This document shows positions 1 to 9,673 of a DNA stretch of 64,000 nucleotides, in pieces; the stretch's first letter is position 1, and every line of letters begins with the position of its first letter. Under the pieces are notes generated by a model, which had not been told where the DNA came from, searched no databases, and was given only the letters and a program-made list of their open reading frames with translations. The translations under genes and the position numbers were made by a program. Source of the DNA: Devosia ginsengisoli (GTDB lineage: Bacteria; Pseudomonadota; Alphaproteobacteria; Rhizobiales; Devosiaceae); the NCBI RefSeq assembly GCF_024707105.1, contig NZ_JANQAJ010000011.1, forward strand, positions 195,488 through 259,487. The letters are read 5' to 3'.

Positions 1-1
1 C

Positions 2-976
2 GCCGCCAAGAGCGCCGATATGGTGGGCACCTCGCCGGCCCTGCAGCAGGTTCGGGGCATTATCGAGAAATCGGCGCCGACCAATTCGCGCATCTTCATC
101 TCCGGCCCGTCCGGAGCCGGGAAGGGGCTGGTGGCCCGGCTGATCCATCAACGCAGCCCGCGCGCCGAGTCGCCGTTCGTCGAGATCAACGCCTCGCTCT
201 ATGCGCCCGAGGAAGTGCCGGTGGTGCTGTTCGGGCGAGAGGCGCGGGAGAAGACCGGCATCCTCAAGGTGGAAGTCGGGGCGCTGGAAAAGGCGCATGG
301 CGGCACGCTCTATCTCTCCGAGGTGACGACGCTGCCGGCGGCAACGCAGGCGGCTTTGCTGCGGACGCTGGTGGAAAACCGCTTCAACCGCGTCGGCGGC
401 ACGCAGGCCGTGCCGATCGATGTGCGCATCATCTCGTCCAGTTCGCAGAATGTGGCGGCGCAGATCGAGGCCGGCGAATTCCGTTCGGACCTGTTCCACC
501 GGCTGTCGATCGTGCCGCTGCCGCTGACGCCGCTCAAGGAAAGGCGCGAGGACGTGCCGCCGCTGGTTGCCGTGTTCATCGAGCAGGTGTGCCGCATGCA
601 CAATCTGCAGCGCATGACTGTCGGAGACGACGCCATCGCCGTGCTGCAGGCACAGGAATGGCCGGGCAATGCGCGGCAATTGCGCAATTCCATCGAACGT
701 CTGCTGATCCTGATGAAGGACCAGCAGCCTGAGGACGGCGTGATCACGGCGGCCATGCTGCCGTCGGATATCGGCGAAGTGCTGCCCACGGTGGGCGACA
801 CGGATGCCTCGGCGCATCTGATGAGCCTGCCGTTGCGCGATGCCCGCGAGGTGTTCGAGCGGCAATACCTGCTGGCGCAGATCGAGCGGTTTGGCGGCAA
901 TATCTCCAAGACGGCCGAGTTCGTCGGCATGGAGCGCAGCGCGTTGCACCGGAAGATCAAATCGCTGGGTCTCTGA
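2..976 (+). CDS. ntrX: NtrX-like response regulator, C-terminal AAA+ ATPase and Fis-type HTH domains; 5' end outside window
   Basis: ORF 20..976 stays open to the window edge. Walker A GPSGAGKG, GGTLYLSEV Walker B region, WPGNARQLRN, C-terminal HTH ISKTAEFVGMERSALHRKIK. No GAFTGA loop. Followed by hfq-hflX as in many Alphaproteobacteria. Confidence 0.7.
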   Translation, partial: AAKSADMVGTSPALQQVRGIIEKSAPTNSRIFISGPSGAGKGLVARLIHQRSPRAESPFVEINASLYAPEEVPVVLFGREAREKTGILKVEVGALEKAHGGTLYLSEVTTLPAATQAALLRTLVENRFNRVGGTQAVPIDVRIISSSSQNVAAQIEAGEFRSDLFHRLSIVPLPLTPLKERREDVPPLVAVFIEQVCRMHNLQRMTVGDDAIAVLQAQEWPGNARQLRNSIERLLILMKDQQPEDGVITAAMLPSDIGEVLPTVGDTDASAHLMSLPLRDAREVFERQYLLAQIERFGGNISKTAEFVGMERSALHRKIKSLGL

Positions 977-1075
977 AAATGCTTTGAAAATTCTCGCGCA
1001 GCAGGCAATGGGTGCGGTAGGCATTAAAAATGATCTGTGCCATAGTGTTTGATGTGTGATGAGTTGATGACGGCA

Positions 1076-1094
1076 GGAACTGGGCGGCAGTTCC
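1076..1094 (+). terminator. hairpin GGAACTG-ggcgg-CAGTTCC between ntrX and hfq (terminator or hfq leader structure)
   Basis: 7-bp perfect inverted repeat read directly. No downstream T tract, so weak as an intrinsic terminator. Confidence 0.2.
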
Positions 1095-1160
1095 AAAGCC
1101 GGACTGGCAGGTAGTTGCAACGACAACAGCGACAAGCAATGCCGCGAAAAAGAGGCCTCT

Positions 1161-1412
1161 ATGGCGAACGAAAAACAACAAAATCTCCAGGATTCCTTTC
1201 TCAACCACGTTCGCAAGCAGAAAGTACCGGTCACGATCTTTCTCGTGAACGGCGTGAAACTGCAGGGCGTGATCACCTGGTTCGATAATTTCTGTCTGCT
1301 GCTGCGCCGCGATGCGCAGTCACAACTGGTTTACAAGCACGCGATCTCCACCATCATGCCGGGTGCGCCGATCCAGTTGTTCGACCCCGAGCAGAACAAC
1401 GACAGCGACTGA
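1161..1412 (+). CDS. hfq: RNA chaperone Hfq
   Basis: 83 aa. Sm1/Sm2 strings [25 protein letters not shown] and [13 protein letters not shown]. Position immediately upstream of hflX. Confidence 0.97.
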   Translation: MANEKQQNLQDSFLNHVRKQKVPVTIFLVNGVKLQGVITWFDNFCLLLRRDAQSQLVYKHAISTIMPGAPIQLFDPEQNNDSD

Positions 1413-1430
1413 CCGCGCTAGAAGGCCGCA

Positions 1431-2783
1431 ATGACCGAATTTGACGACGAGGCCGTCCAGCGGGGCGGCCCGCAGGCGTTTATCGACCAGCGTGCGCAGC
1501 CGACACGTGCGGGCCTCGTCGTGCCCGATGTGCGGGGGCAGGCATCCCGGCATTCGATCGAGGCGCGCAAGGCGGAGTTCGAAGGACTGGCCGGGGCCAT
1601 CCATCTCGACGTGGTGTTCTCCGAGGTCTTCAGGGTTCGCGAGATCAAGCCGGCGACCTTTATCGGGGGCGGCCATACCGAGACATTGGCGGCACGGGTC
1701 AAGGCGGACAAGATCGACCTGCTGCTGGTCGATGCGGCGCTGACCGCCATCCAGCAGCGCAATCTCGAAACCGAAACCGGCGCCAAGGTGCTCGACCGGA
1801 CGGCGTTGATCCTCGAGATTTTCGGCGAACGCGCCGCGACACGCGAAGGCGTGTTGCAGGTGGAGCTGGCCCATCTCAACTACCAGAAGGGACGGCTGGT
1901 CCGTTCCTGGACCCACCTGGAGCGCCAGCGTGGCAGTGGCGGCACCGGTTTCATGGGTGGTCCGGGTGAAACGCAGATCGAAAGCGACCGGCGGCAGATC
2001 ACCGACCGCATCGTGCTGCTCGAAGACCGGCTGGAAAAGGTCAAGAAGACCCGTGCGCAGCAGCGCCAACAGCGGGACGGCACGCCGATCGTGGCACTGG
2101 TCGGTTATACCAATGCCGGAAAATCGAGCCTGTTCAATGTCTTGACCGGGGCAGGGGTGTTCGCCCGGGATTTGTTGTTCGCGACGCTGGATACGACGGT
2201 GCGCAAGCTGGCCCTGCCGCATGGGCGCGAGGTGATGTTGAGCGACACGGTGGGTTTTGTTGCCGACCTGCCGACGGATCTGGTGGCGGCGTTCCGCGCT
2301 ACGCTGGAGGAAGTGCTCGATGCCGACGTGATCCTGCATGCGCGCGATATCGCCAACCCAGATCATGTGGGGCAGGCCCATGATGTGCTCAAGGTGCTGG
2401 CCGAACTCGGGGTTTCACCCGAGACGACGCCTGTTATCGAGGTCTGGAACAAGGTCGACCTGATCGGCGGAGATGCCCTGGTGGGCGTGGTGCCGGCGGG
2501 CAAGGTGGCCGATGTCGTGCCGGCCTCGGCACTGACCGGGCAGGGGCTCGATGCGCTCAAGCTGGCCATCGAAAAGGCGCTGGGCGAGAAGAGCCGGACC
2601 TATCACGTGCATGTGCCGCATGCGGCGGGGTCTGACATCGGCTGGCTGCATTCGCATACCGAAATCGTCTCCCGCGACGAGCCGACCGAACAGGGGTCGG
2701 GCTTCGTCGTGCGGGTCGAGCCGCGACACAGAGCGGCGTTTCTCGAGCGGTTCAATGGCCGGATCGAGAGTTCGGACGCCTAG
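1431..2783 (+). CDS. hflX: GTPase HflX
   Basis: 450 aa. HflX N-domain LQVELAHLNYQKGRL, G1 GYTNAGKSSLFN, DTVGF, NKVD. Follows hfq. Confidence 0.95.
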   Translation: MTEFDDEAVQRGGPQAFIDQRAQPTRAGLVVPDVRGQASRHSIEARKAEFEGLAGAIHLDVVFSEVFRVREIKPATFIGGGHTETLAARVKADKIDLLLVDAALTAIQQRNLETETGAKVLDRTALILEIFGERAATREGVLQVELAHLNYQKGRLVRSWTHLERQRGSGGTGFMGGPGETQIESDRRQITDRIVLLEDRLEKVKKTRAQQRQQRDGTPIVALVGYTNAGKSSLFNVLTGAGVFARDLLFATLDTTVRKLALPHGREVMLSDTVGFVADLPTDLVAAFRATLEEVLDADVILHARDIANPDHVGQAHDVLKVLAELGVSPETTPVIEVWNKVDLIGGDALVGVVPAGKVADVVPASALTGQGLDALKLAIEKALGEKSRTYHVHVPHAAGSDIGWLHSHTEIVSRDEPTEQGSGFVVRVEPRHRAAFLERFNGRIESSDA

Positions 2784-3589
2784 GTCTTGTCGGCTGCGCG
2801 GATTTCGTTCCAGTAACCATCAAGGCGCTCCAGACCGGCATCCTTTGGATCGATACCATCTTCGCGGCAACGCGCTTCGACATGATGGAAGCGGCGGGTG
2901 AACTTGTAATTGGCGTCGCGCAAGGCGGCTTCGGCGTCGATGCCGGCATGGCGGGCCAGGTTGGCGACGGCGAAGAGCAGATCGCCGATTTCCTCGCGCA
3001 CCGCAGCGGCGTCGCCGGATGCCTGGGCCTCTGCGACTTCCGCAAGTTCCTCATCGACCTTGGCCTTGACCGAAGCGAAGTCGGGCCAGTCGAAACCAAC
3101 CTTGGCGGCGCGTTTGGTGAGCTTTTCGGCACGGGCGAGGGCCGGGAGAACGTTGGGCACGTCATCGAGAATGGACGGGGCCGTATCGCCCTTGCGGGCC
3201 GCCTTGGCGGCGCGCTCCTGGGCCTTTATGGCTTCCCAGCGCTGCTCGGATGCAGCCGAATTGCCGGCCTCCGTGTCGCCGAATACATGCGGGTGGCGGC
3301 GGATCAGCTTGTCGGTGATGGCATATATCACGTCGCCGATATCGAAATGGCCGGCCTCGCTGGCCATTTGTGCGTGATAGATCGGTTGCAGCAGCAGATC
3401 GCCCAGTTCCTCGCGCAGATCGGCAAAATCCTGCCGCTCGATGGCATCGGCGACTTCGTAGGCTTCCTCGATCGTATAGTGCCTTATGGTCGAGAAATCC
3501 TGCTCCAGATCCCAGGGGCAGCCGCCGACCGGATTGCGCAGGGCGGCCATGATCTCGATCAGGCGGGCAATATCGCGGGATGGCTGCAT
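2780..3589 (-). CDS. mazG: nucleoside triphosphate pyrophosphohydrolase MazG
   Basis: 269 aa. GGCPWDLEQ, tandem MazG repeats (EEAYEVADAIE ... DEELAEVAEA). Confidence 0.9.
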   Translation of the reverse strand: MQPSRDIARLIEIMAALRNPVGGCPWDLEQDFSTIRHYTIEEAYEVADAIERQDFADLREELGDLLLQPIYHAQMASEAGHFDIGDVIYAITDKLIRRHPHVFGDTEAGNSAASEQRWEAIKAQERAAKAARKGDTAPSILDDVPNVLPALARAEKLTKRAAKVGFDWPDFASVKAKVDEELAEVAEAQASGDAAAVREEIGDLLFAVANLARHAGIDAEAALRDANYKFTRRFHHVEARCREDGIDPKDAGLERLDGYWNEIRAADKT

Positions 3590-3679
3590 GAGTGTCTCGA
3601 TGGCTGGAATCGTGTTGCCATGAGCTTAGCAGCTCACGGGCACGGCTACAGCGCACCGTTTATCCATGCAGGTGCCCGA

Positions 3680-5353
3680 CTAGCGGGCGCCGTGGCCGGC
3701 CTTCACGTTCTGGCGCATGCGCGGATTGACCACCAGATCGGACATGTGGACATTCCACACCATGGTGCTGTCGCCGCGTTCGAACTCGTCCAGCAAATCC
3801 CTGAACCGGCCGAGCGTCGTGACATTCTCGCCGCGCAGCCCGAAGCCGCGGGCGATTTCGGCGAAGTCTGGTCGGCCAAAGATGGCGCCTGAATCGTCGA
3901 TACCGTCTTCCCGCAGCTTGTGGATCTCGGCGCCGTAGGCCCCGTCATTGCTGCAGACGATGAGCATCTTGATGCCGTGGCGCTTGAGGGTTTCGAGTTC
4001 CTGGATATGCATGAGCAGGCTGCCGTCGCCCTCGAACAGCACGACCTTGCCTGTCTTGCGGACGGCGGCGATGCCCACGGCATAGGAGATGGCATTGCCG
4101 ATGGCGCCGAAATCGCGCATCGCGTGATAGCGCGTGGGCTCGCCACCGCGCATGACCGTATGGAAATAGGATTGGTGGCCCGAGCCGCTCACCATGTCGT
4201 AGTCGCTGGGAATGACGGTTTCCAGCTCGGCGAAAACGGCGCGCGGATCAAGGGTTCCGGGCGCGATGTCGTATTGGATGCTATCCGCCGGCTCTTCCCT
4301 GATACGTCGCGCCAGATCCGCACTGCGGATACTGGCGGCCGTGGTGCCGCGCTTCTCGAGCGCAGCGAGGAGCGCCATCGTCGTCAATTTGGCGTCGGCT
4401 TTCACGTAGATGTCTGCCGCTTCGAGGCCATCCCGCAATCCGATCGGATTTGGATCGATCTGGATGACTTCGGTGGTTTCCGGAATGATGCGACCGCCAT
4501 CCATCGTGTGGTAGGTGAGGCTCGCCCCGATGGCCAGGACCAGGTCGGACTGGCCAAAGGCCTCCCGCGCGATGCCGCGCGCGAAGCCTCCGCAAACTCC
4601 GATCGAGAACGGATTGTGGTCATACATTCCGCGGCCCAGCAGCGTGGTGGACAGGAGGGCACCACTGGCTTCGGCCAGCGCCTCCACTTCGGCCCTTGCT
4701 CCGGACCATATGACGCCGCGCCCGGCAAGGATAATCGGGGCTTTCGCCTGGGCCAGGCGCTCGATGACATGGGCCAGTTGTTCCGGATTTGGTGGAATGG
4801 GCGCCGTCTGCGGCAGGACCGTGGACGAGGGCTTGTAGGCGCCGATATTTGGCAGGGGCTGCTTCTGCAGGTCATAGGGCACGCCGATGACGACAGGCTT
4901 GCGCTCGTGGCGCGCGACGTAGAATGCCTCGCGGACATATTGATACATGCGCTCTGGGCTATGCGCGGTGATGTAATGGGCGCCGCAGGCTGCCGCGAGC
5001 GGCTGCTGGTCGATGAACTGCCCATACCATTTTGCCTTGAGCGGCGTTTCGCCGGCAAAGACCACCATCGGTACGCCGCCCCGCGACGCCGATGCCAGTG
5101 CCGTCATGATCTGGGTGAAGCCGGGGCCGCAGGTAACGGAGGCGACGCCGACCTTGCCGGTAGCGCTGGTATAGCCCATCGCCATCGCGCAGGCGCAATG
5201 TTCGTGCCGAGCGTGGACCGTGGTCATGCCCGGAATGTTCTTCATGGCCGTGGCCCAGTGCATGTTGCCATCGCCCATGAGCGTAAAATGCGTATCGACG
5301 CCTTCCGCACTGAAGGCCTGCGCGAGCGCTTCGTAGATGGGCATATTGGTCAT
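3680..5353 (-). CDS. thiamine-diphosphate-dependent enzyme (acetolactate synthase/benzoylformate decarboxylase-like superfamily), paralogue 1
   Basis: ORF 3680..5398; start moved to MTNMPIYEALAQAF (ATG 5353). PYR domain GKVGVASVTCGPGFTQ. TPP-binding GDGS...NDGAYG. Substrate not deducible. Confidence 0.8.
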   Translation of the reverse strand: MTNMPIYEALAQAFSAEGVDTHFTLMGDGNMHWATAMKNIPGMTTVHARHEHCACAMAMGYTSATGKVGVASVTCGPGFTQIMTALASASRGGVPMVVFAGETPLKAKWYGQFIDQQPLAAACGAHYITAHSPERMYQYVREAFYVARHERKPVVIGVPYDLQKQPLPNIGAYKPSSTVLPQTAPIPPNPEQLAHVIERLAQAKAPIILAGRGVIWSGARAEVEALAEASGALLSTTLLGRGMYDHNPFSIGVCGGFARGIAREAFGQSDLVLAIGASLTYHTMDGGRIIPETTEVIQIDPNPIGLRDGLEAADIYVKADAKLTTMALLAALEKRGTTAASIRSADLARRIREEPADSIQYDIAPGTLDPRAVFAELETVIPSDYDMVSGSGHQSYFHTVMRGGEPTRYHAMRDFGAIGNAISYAVGIAAVRKTGKVVLFEGDGSLLMHIQELETLKRHGIKMLIVCSNDGAYGAEIHKLREDGIDDSGAIFGRPDFAEIARGFGLRGENVTTLGRFRDLLDEFERGDSTMVWNVHMSDLVVNPRMRQNVKAGHGAR

Positions 5354-5446
5354 GGATCGGTCCTTTGAAGACAGGCGCGAGTGGAATTGGTCGGGCATGG
5401 CGATGCCGCCCGGTCGGGACCGGGCGGCAAGAACGGGGCGGAGCGT

Positions 5447-6588
5447 CTAGAAGGTCGCGCCGTGCGTTTCAGCGGCCCAGGCCTTGAGCCATTCGAGGTG
5501 TTCGGGCGTAAGGCTCAGCGCACCCTCCATGATCCGGCTGGTCGCCTCGGCGCCGGTCACCTGCGGATAGTCGCCGATGATGAGCTGGGCAGGACCGTCC
5601 TGCATCACCGGCAGTTCGAGCGCGTCACGCGTCGCCTGGGCGTAAATCTCGACGATTTCCGGGGAGTTCCGGCCGGCAGCATCAGCACCTTGCCTGCCAT
5701 GACACGGACGTTGAACAGGGATTTCCAGACGTCATATTCGATGCCGGACAGGGGCTCGCCATAGATTGCCTCGTAGACTTCGAGGAAATGCGGCACGTCG
5801 GGAACCATGGGGTCGCGCACCATCTCGCCGTTTTCTTCATAGCCCATAGTGAAGAGCAGCTTGGCCGAGCCTTCCTCCACCAACGGCGCCACGGCGTCGC
5901 CATAGGAGAACATGGTATCGTGCCGCATCTGGAATTCGCCGCGCTCCAGGCCGGCCCGCGACTCGCCCAGGCCGATGCCGAACACGACCTTGGGCTTGAT
6001 CCCCAGCAGATCATAGCTGAGCAGCATGCCGATATCGGACGACGTGATCGTCTGGCTGGCAATGGTGGGCGGATTTTCGATGGCCTTGCGGATGTTCTCG
6101 ATCGGGTCGTCGGTCAGCCCGCCGGCGAAGTCGCTGCGCGCATAGACGATGGACCCGCCCGGTGACGAGAGGAATGGTATGAATTCGCCGAGGTCATAGC
6201 GAACCGACGGGTCGCGCAGGATCTGGTTGAGGATGGTGCTCGAGCCGACGCCGATGAAGGCGCGGCCATCGGGTTCGGCGCGCGCAGCGAATTCGTTGGT
6301 TCCGGTGATGGAGCCGCCACCCTCGACATTGCGGACCACTATGGTCGGCTGGCCGGGCAGCGTCTGCTGCAAACCCAGCACAAACAGGCGATTATGCGTG
6401 TTCGAGCCGCCGCCAGGCCCATAGGGGACCATCAGCTCGATCTCTTCTCCGGCAAAATCCAGGTCGGCCTGCGCCAGGGCAGGTGACGCCGCGATGAAGG
6501 TGAGGGCTGCTCCCGCCGCGACGGCCAGAGCGGAAAGCGTGGAGCGGGCCGGAAATTGCCTGCCAAGTGTACGTTTCGATCCGAACAT
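5447..6588 (-). pseudogene. TctC/Bug-family tripartite tricarboxylate transporter substrate-binding protein, frameshifted (or sequencing error)
   Basis: ORF 5605..6642 matches paralogue 39322..40404 up to LPAGTP, then reads nonsense (RKSSRFTPRRRV). Adding one base at the G4 run 5661..5664 restores PEIVEIYAQATRDAL...GDYPQVTG...LTPEHLEWLKAWAAETHGATF-stop (TAG at 5447..5449). This is colinear with the paralogue C-terminus. Start ATG 6588 (MFGSKRTLG, signal peptide ending SPALAQ, RBS GGGAGGAAG). Confidence 0.8.
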
Positions 6589-6711
6589 TTCTTCCTCCCA
6601 GAAGCAATCCGGTGCTTGTTCAAAGAGAACACCGAAGTACACTGTGACTCGGCAAATTCTCCGTGTCCATCATAAAGCAGCGTAAAACATGGAAAAACAA
6701 GCCATATCCAA

Positions 6712-6722
6712 CAGTATACCAT
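6712..6722. promoter_or_regulatory. candidate GntR/FadR-type operator cAGTATACCAt upstream of the tctC paralogue
   Basis: GTATAC core at 6714..6719 in the intergenic region about 126 bp upstream of ATG 6588. Member of a motif family found at 8 intergenic sites of the island. Confidence 0.5.
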
Positions 6723-6729
6723 AACTCAA

Positions 6730-7920
6730 TCAAGCGGCGCCGATGGCGCCTTTATCGCGCAGTCGGTCGATTTCGGCGGGCGCAAGGCCGAGCTCGGCGA
6801 GGACCTGGCGCGTGTGCTGCCCGATCTCGGCCGGGTAGGGCGATGTCACTTTGCCGGGCGTGACGCTGAGCTTGGGCGTTGCGGCAAGCGTGCGCATTGT
6901 TTCACCATCGGGAAACGACACCGTCTCGATGGCATTGCGCGCCCTGACCTGCGCGTGGGCAACGACCTGGTCATAAGTGTTGATCGGACCGCAGATCAGG
7001 TCATTGGCTTCACACAATTGGAGCCATTCCGCGCTGGTGCGTCGTGAGAGCACCTCTTCAATGATATGTTTCAGGGCCTTCTGGTTACCCTGGCGGACTT
7101 TGCGGTCGACGAAGCGCGGATCGGTTTCCAGTTCGGGCAGGCCGAGGACGTTGCGGCAGAAGGCACTCCAGCGGGTGGGGCTATAGGCGGCCAGCATGAT
7201 ATGGCCGTCGCTGGTCCGATAGGCCTCGTTGGGCGTGGCATAGGGCGCGCGGCTGCCGGTGCGGCGGGGGAGTACCCCGGACTGAAGATAGCGGGTCATC
7301 GACGATTTCTGGATCACGAGAGCAGCCTCGAGCAGGCTGACATCGACGTGCTGGCCCATGCCGTGTTTTTCGCGCGCCAACAAGGCCAGCAGGATGCCCT
7401 GTGCCGCAAGAAAGCCTGCCGCCATATCAGCCAGGGGGAAGGGCGTCTTGATCGGCTCGGCATCCTCATCTTCGCTGCCGAACACGCTCATGATGCCCGA
7501 TACCGCCTGGATGATGCCGTCGACGCCCGGCTTGTCCTTCCATGGACCATCCTGGCCATAGGCGCTCACCGAGCAATAGACCAGGCGTGGATGGGCCTGC
7601 TTCAGCGTCGCATATCCCAGTCCCAGTCGGTCCATCACGCCAGGCCGGAAGCTTTCCATCACCACATCGGCACGCGCGATCAGCTTGCGCGCCAGCGCGA
7701 GACCGTCGCTCGACTTCAGGTTGATGGCGATGCCTTGTTTGTTGCGGTTGAACTCGCGCGTGCCGAGCCCGGGAGTCGTGCGCGACCAATCGCCGGTGGG
7801 TGGTTCCACCTTGATGACCTCGGCGCCGAAATCGGCGAGGGACGCGGTGGCGAATGGCGCGGCCGCGCCCATGCCGAAGCAAACGATCCTGATGCCGTCC
7901 AAAGCTGCCAGACCCTGCAT
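6730..7920 (-). CDS. family III (CaiB/BaiF) CoA-transferase, paralogue 1
   Basis: 396 aa. IRIVCFGMGAAAPFATASLADFGAEVIKVEPP and ESFRPGVMDRLGLGY are typical family strings. Confidence 0.88.
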   Translation of the reverse strand: MQGLAALDGIRIVCFGMGAAAPFATASLADFGAEVIKVEPPTGDWSRTTPGLGTREFNRNKQGIAINLKSSDGLALARKLIARADVVMESFRPGVMDRLGLGYATLKQAHPRLVYCSVSAYGQDGPWKDKPGVDGIIQAVSGIMSVFGSEDEDAEPIKTPFPLADMAAGFLAAQGILLALLAREKHGMGQHVDVSLLEAALVIQKSSMTRYLQSGVLPRRTGSRAPYATPNEAYRTSDGHIMLAAYSPTRWSAFCRNVLGLPELETDPRFVDRKVRQGNQKALKHIIEEVLSRRTSAEWLQLCEANDLICGPINTYDQVVAHAQVRARNAIETVSFPDGETMRTLAATPKLSVTPGKVTSPYPAEIGQHTRQVLAELGLAPAEIDRLRDKGAIGAA

Positions 7921-7959
7921 TCGGAACTCCTGTGGTTGGCCGCCGGCGCTGCGCGACGA

Positions 7960-9630
7960 CTACATGCGCGGATAGACCGGACCTTCGCCGCCCTGCGGCG
8001 GCACCCAGCGGATATTCTGGTTGGGATCCTTGATGTCGCAGGTCTTGCAGTGGACGCAGTTCTGCGCGTTGATGACGAAGCGCGGATTGCCATCGGCTTC
8101 GGTCTGCCATTCATAGACTGCTGCCGGGCAATAGCGGGCCGATGGGCCTTGAAAGACCTCCAGTTCGCTCTGCTGCTGCAATGCCGGATCGAGCACCTTC
8201 AGGTGGATCGGCTGGTCTTCCTCGTGGTTTGTGTTGGACAGGAAAACCGAGGACAGCCGGTCGAAGGTCAGTACGCCGTCCGGTTTGTCATATTGGATCG
8301 GCTGGTGTCGCGCCGCCGGATCGAGCGCCGCGTGGTCGGGGCCGCTGTGTCCGACGGTGCCGAAGGGCGACCATTTGAACAGGGTGTTGCACCACATATC
8401 CAGCCCACCCAGCGCAATGCCGAGATAGGTCCCGAACCGCGACCAGAGCGGCTTGACGTTGCGGACCCGCCAGAGATCCTGACCGATGGCGCTGTCGCGC
8501 CAGCTATCCTCAAAAGCGCTGATTTCGTCGCCGGCACGACCGGCGGCAATGGCTGCCGCGACATGTTCGGCGGCCAGCATGCCCGAGCGGGATGCATTGT
8601 GAAAACCCTTGATGCGTGGAACGTTGACGAGCCCCGCCGCACAACCCAGCAGCAGGCCGCCCGGAAAACTCAGGCGCGGCACCGATTGCCAGCCGCCTTC
8701 ACTGATCGCCCTGGCGCCATAGCCGATCCGCTTGCCGCCCGCAAAAATCGGCGCAATCGCCTTGTGCGTCTTGAAGCGCTGAAACTCCTCGAACGGCGAA
8801 AGGTAGGGATTGGAGTAGTTGAGGTGCACGACCAGCCCCACCGCCACCAGGTTATCGGGCAGGTGATAGAGGAACGATCCGCCACCAGTGCCCGCACCAA
8901 GCGGCCAGCCGAAGGAATGGTGCACCAGGCCCTGGCGGTGCTGCTCGGGCTTTACCTCCCAGAGCTCCTTGATGCCCAGGCCGTATTTTGGCGCGTCGCG
9001 GCCTTTTCGCAGCTCGAACCGCTCGATGATGCGCTCGGAAAGCGATCCGCGAACACCCTCGGCCATCAGCACATATTTGCCGAGCAGCTTCATGCCGCGG
9101 GCAAAGCCGGGGCCGGGTGTGCCGTCGCGGGAAATCCCCATATCGCCCGTAGCGACGCCGCTTACCGCGCCATTCCGGTCATAGATGACTTCGCTGGCGG
9201 CAAAGCCGGGATAGATTTCGACACCCAGCGCCTCGGCTTTCTCACCCAGCCAGCGGCAGAGATCACCCAGCGAGACGATGAGGTTGCCGTGATTGCTCAT
9301 CAGCGGCGGCATCAGGATGTTGGGAACGGGCAGGCGACCGTTGCGGCTGAGGATGTCGAACCTGTCGCTGGTAACCTCGGTCATCAGGGGCAGGTCGCCG
9401 TCCCGCCAGCCGGGCAGGAGTTCATCGAGACTGGAAGGATCGATTACGGCTCCGGACAGGATGTGGGCACCCACGGCCGCGCCCTTTTCGAGTACGACCA
9501 CGGACAGGTCGGCATCGAGCTGCTTGAGCCGGATTGCAGCAGCCAGGCCAGCGGGGCCGGCGCCGACGATGACCACATCGAAATCCATGCTCTCGCGGTC
9601 GTCCGCCATGCCCTCGTCGCTCACTGCCAT
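7960..9630 (-). CDS. electron-transfer flavoprotein:ubiquinone oxidoreductase (ETF-QO)
   Basis: ORF 7960..9711; start moved to MAVSDEG (ATG 9630, RBS TGGAGA). FAD fold FDVVIVGAGPAGLAAAIRL. C-terminal 4Fe-4S region NAQNCVHCKTCDIKDP. Confidence 0.92.
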   Translation of the reverse strand: MAVSDEGMADDRESMDFDVVIVGAGPAGLAAAIRLKQLDADLSVVVLEKGAAVGAHILSGAVIDPSSLDELLPGWRDGDLPLMTEVTSDRFDILSRNGRLPVPNILMPPLMSNHGNLIVSLGDLCRWLGEKAEALGVEIYPGFAASEVIYDRNGAVSGVATGDMGISRDGTPGPGFARGMKLLGKYVLMAEGVRGSLSERIIERFELRKGRDAPKYGLGIKELWEVKPEQHRQGLVHHSFGWPLGAGTGGGSFLYHLPDNLVAVGLVVHLNYSNPYLSPFEEFQRFKTHKAIAPIFAGGKRIGYGARAISEGGWQSVPRLSFPGGLLLGCAAGLVNVPRIKGFHNASRSGMLAAEHVAAAIAAGRAGDEISAFEDSWRDSAIGQDLWRVRNVKPLWSRFGTYLGIALGGLDMWCNTLFKWSPFGTVGHSGPDHAALDPAARHQPIQYDKPDGVLTFDRLSSVFLSNTNHEEDQPIHLKVLDPALQQQSELEVFQGPSARYCPAAVYEWQTEADGNPRFVINAQNCVHCKTCDIKDPNQNIRWVPPQGGEGPVYPRM

Positions 9631-9654
9631 CAGATATCTCCAATCGTCATAACG

Positions 9655-9673
9655 GAATTCAATAGTATACCAT
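9655..9673. promoter_or_regulatory. candidate operator GAATTC-aata-GTATAC-CAT in the divergent ETF-QO / gntR intergenic region
   Basis: Read directly. GTATAC at 9665..9670, GAATTC at 9655..9660 with a 4-bp spacer. Confidence 0.6.
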
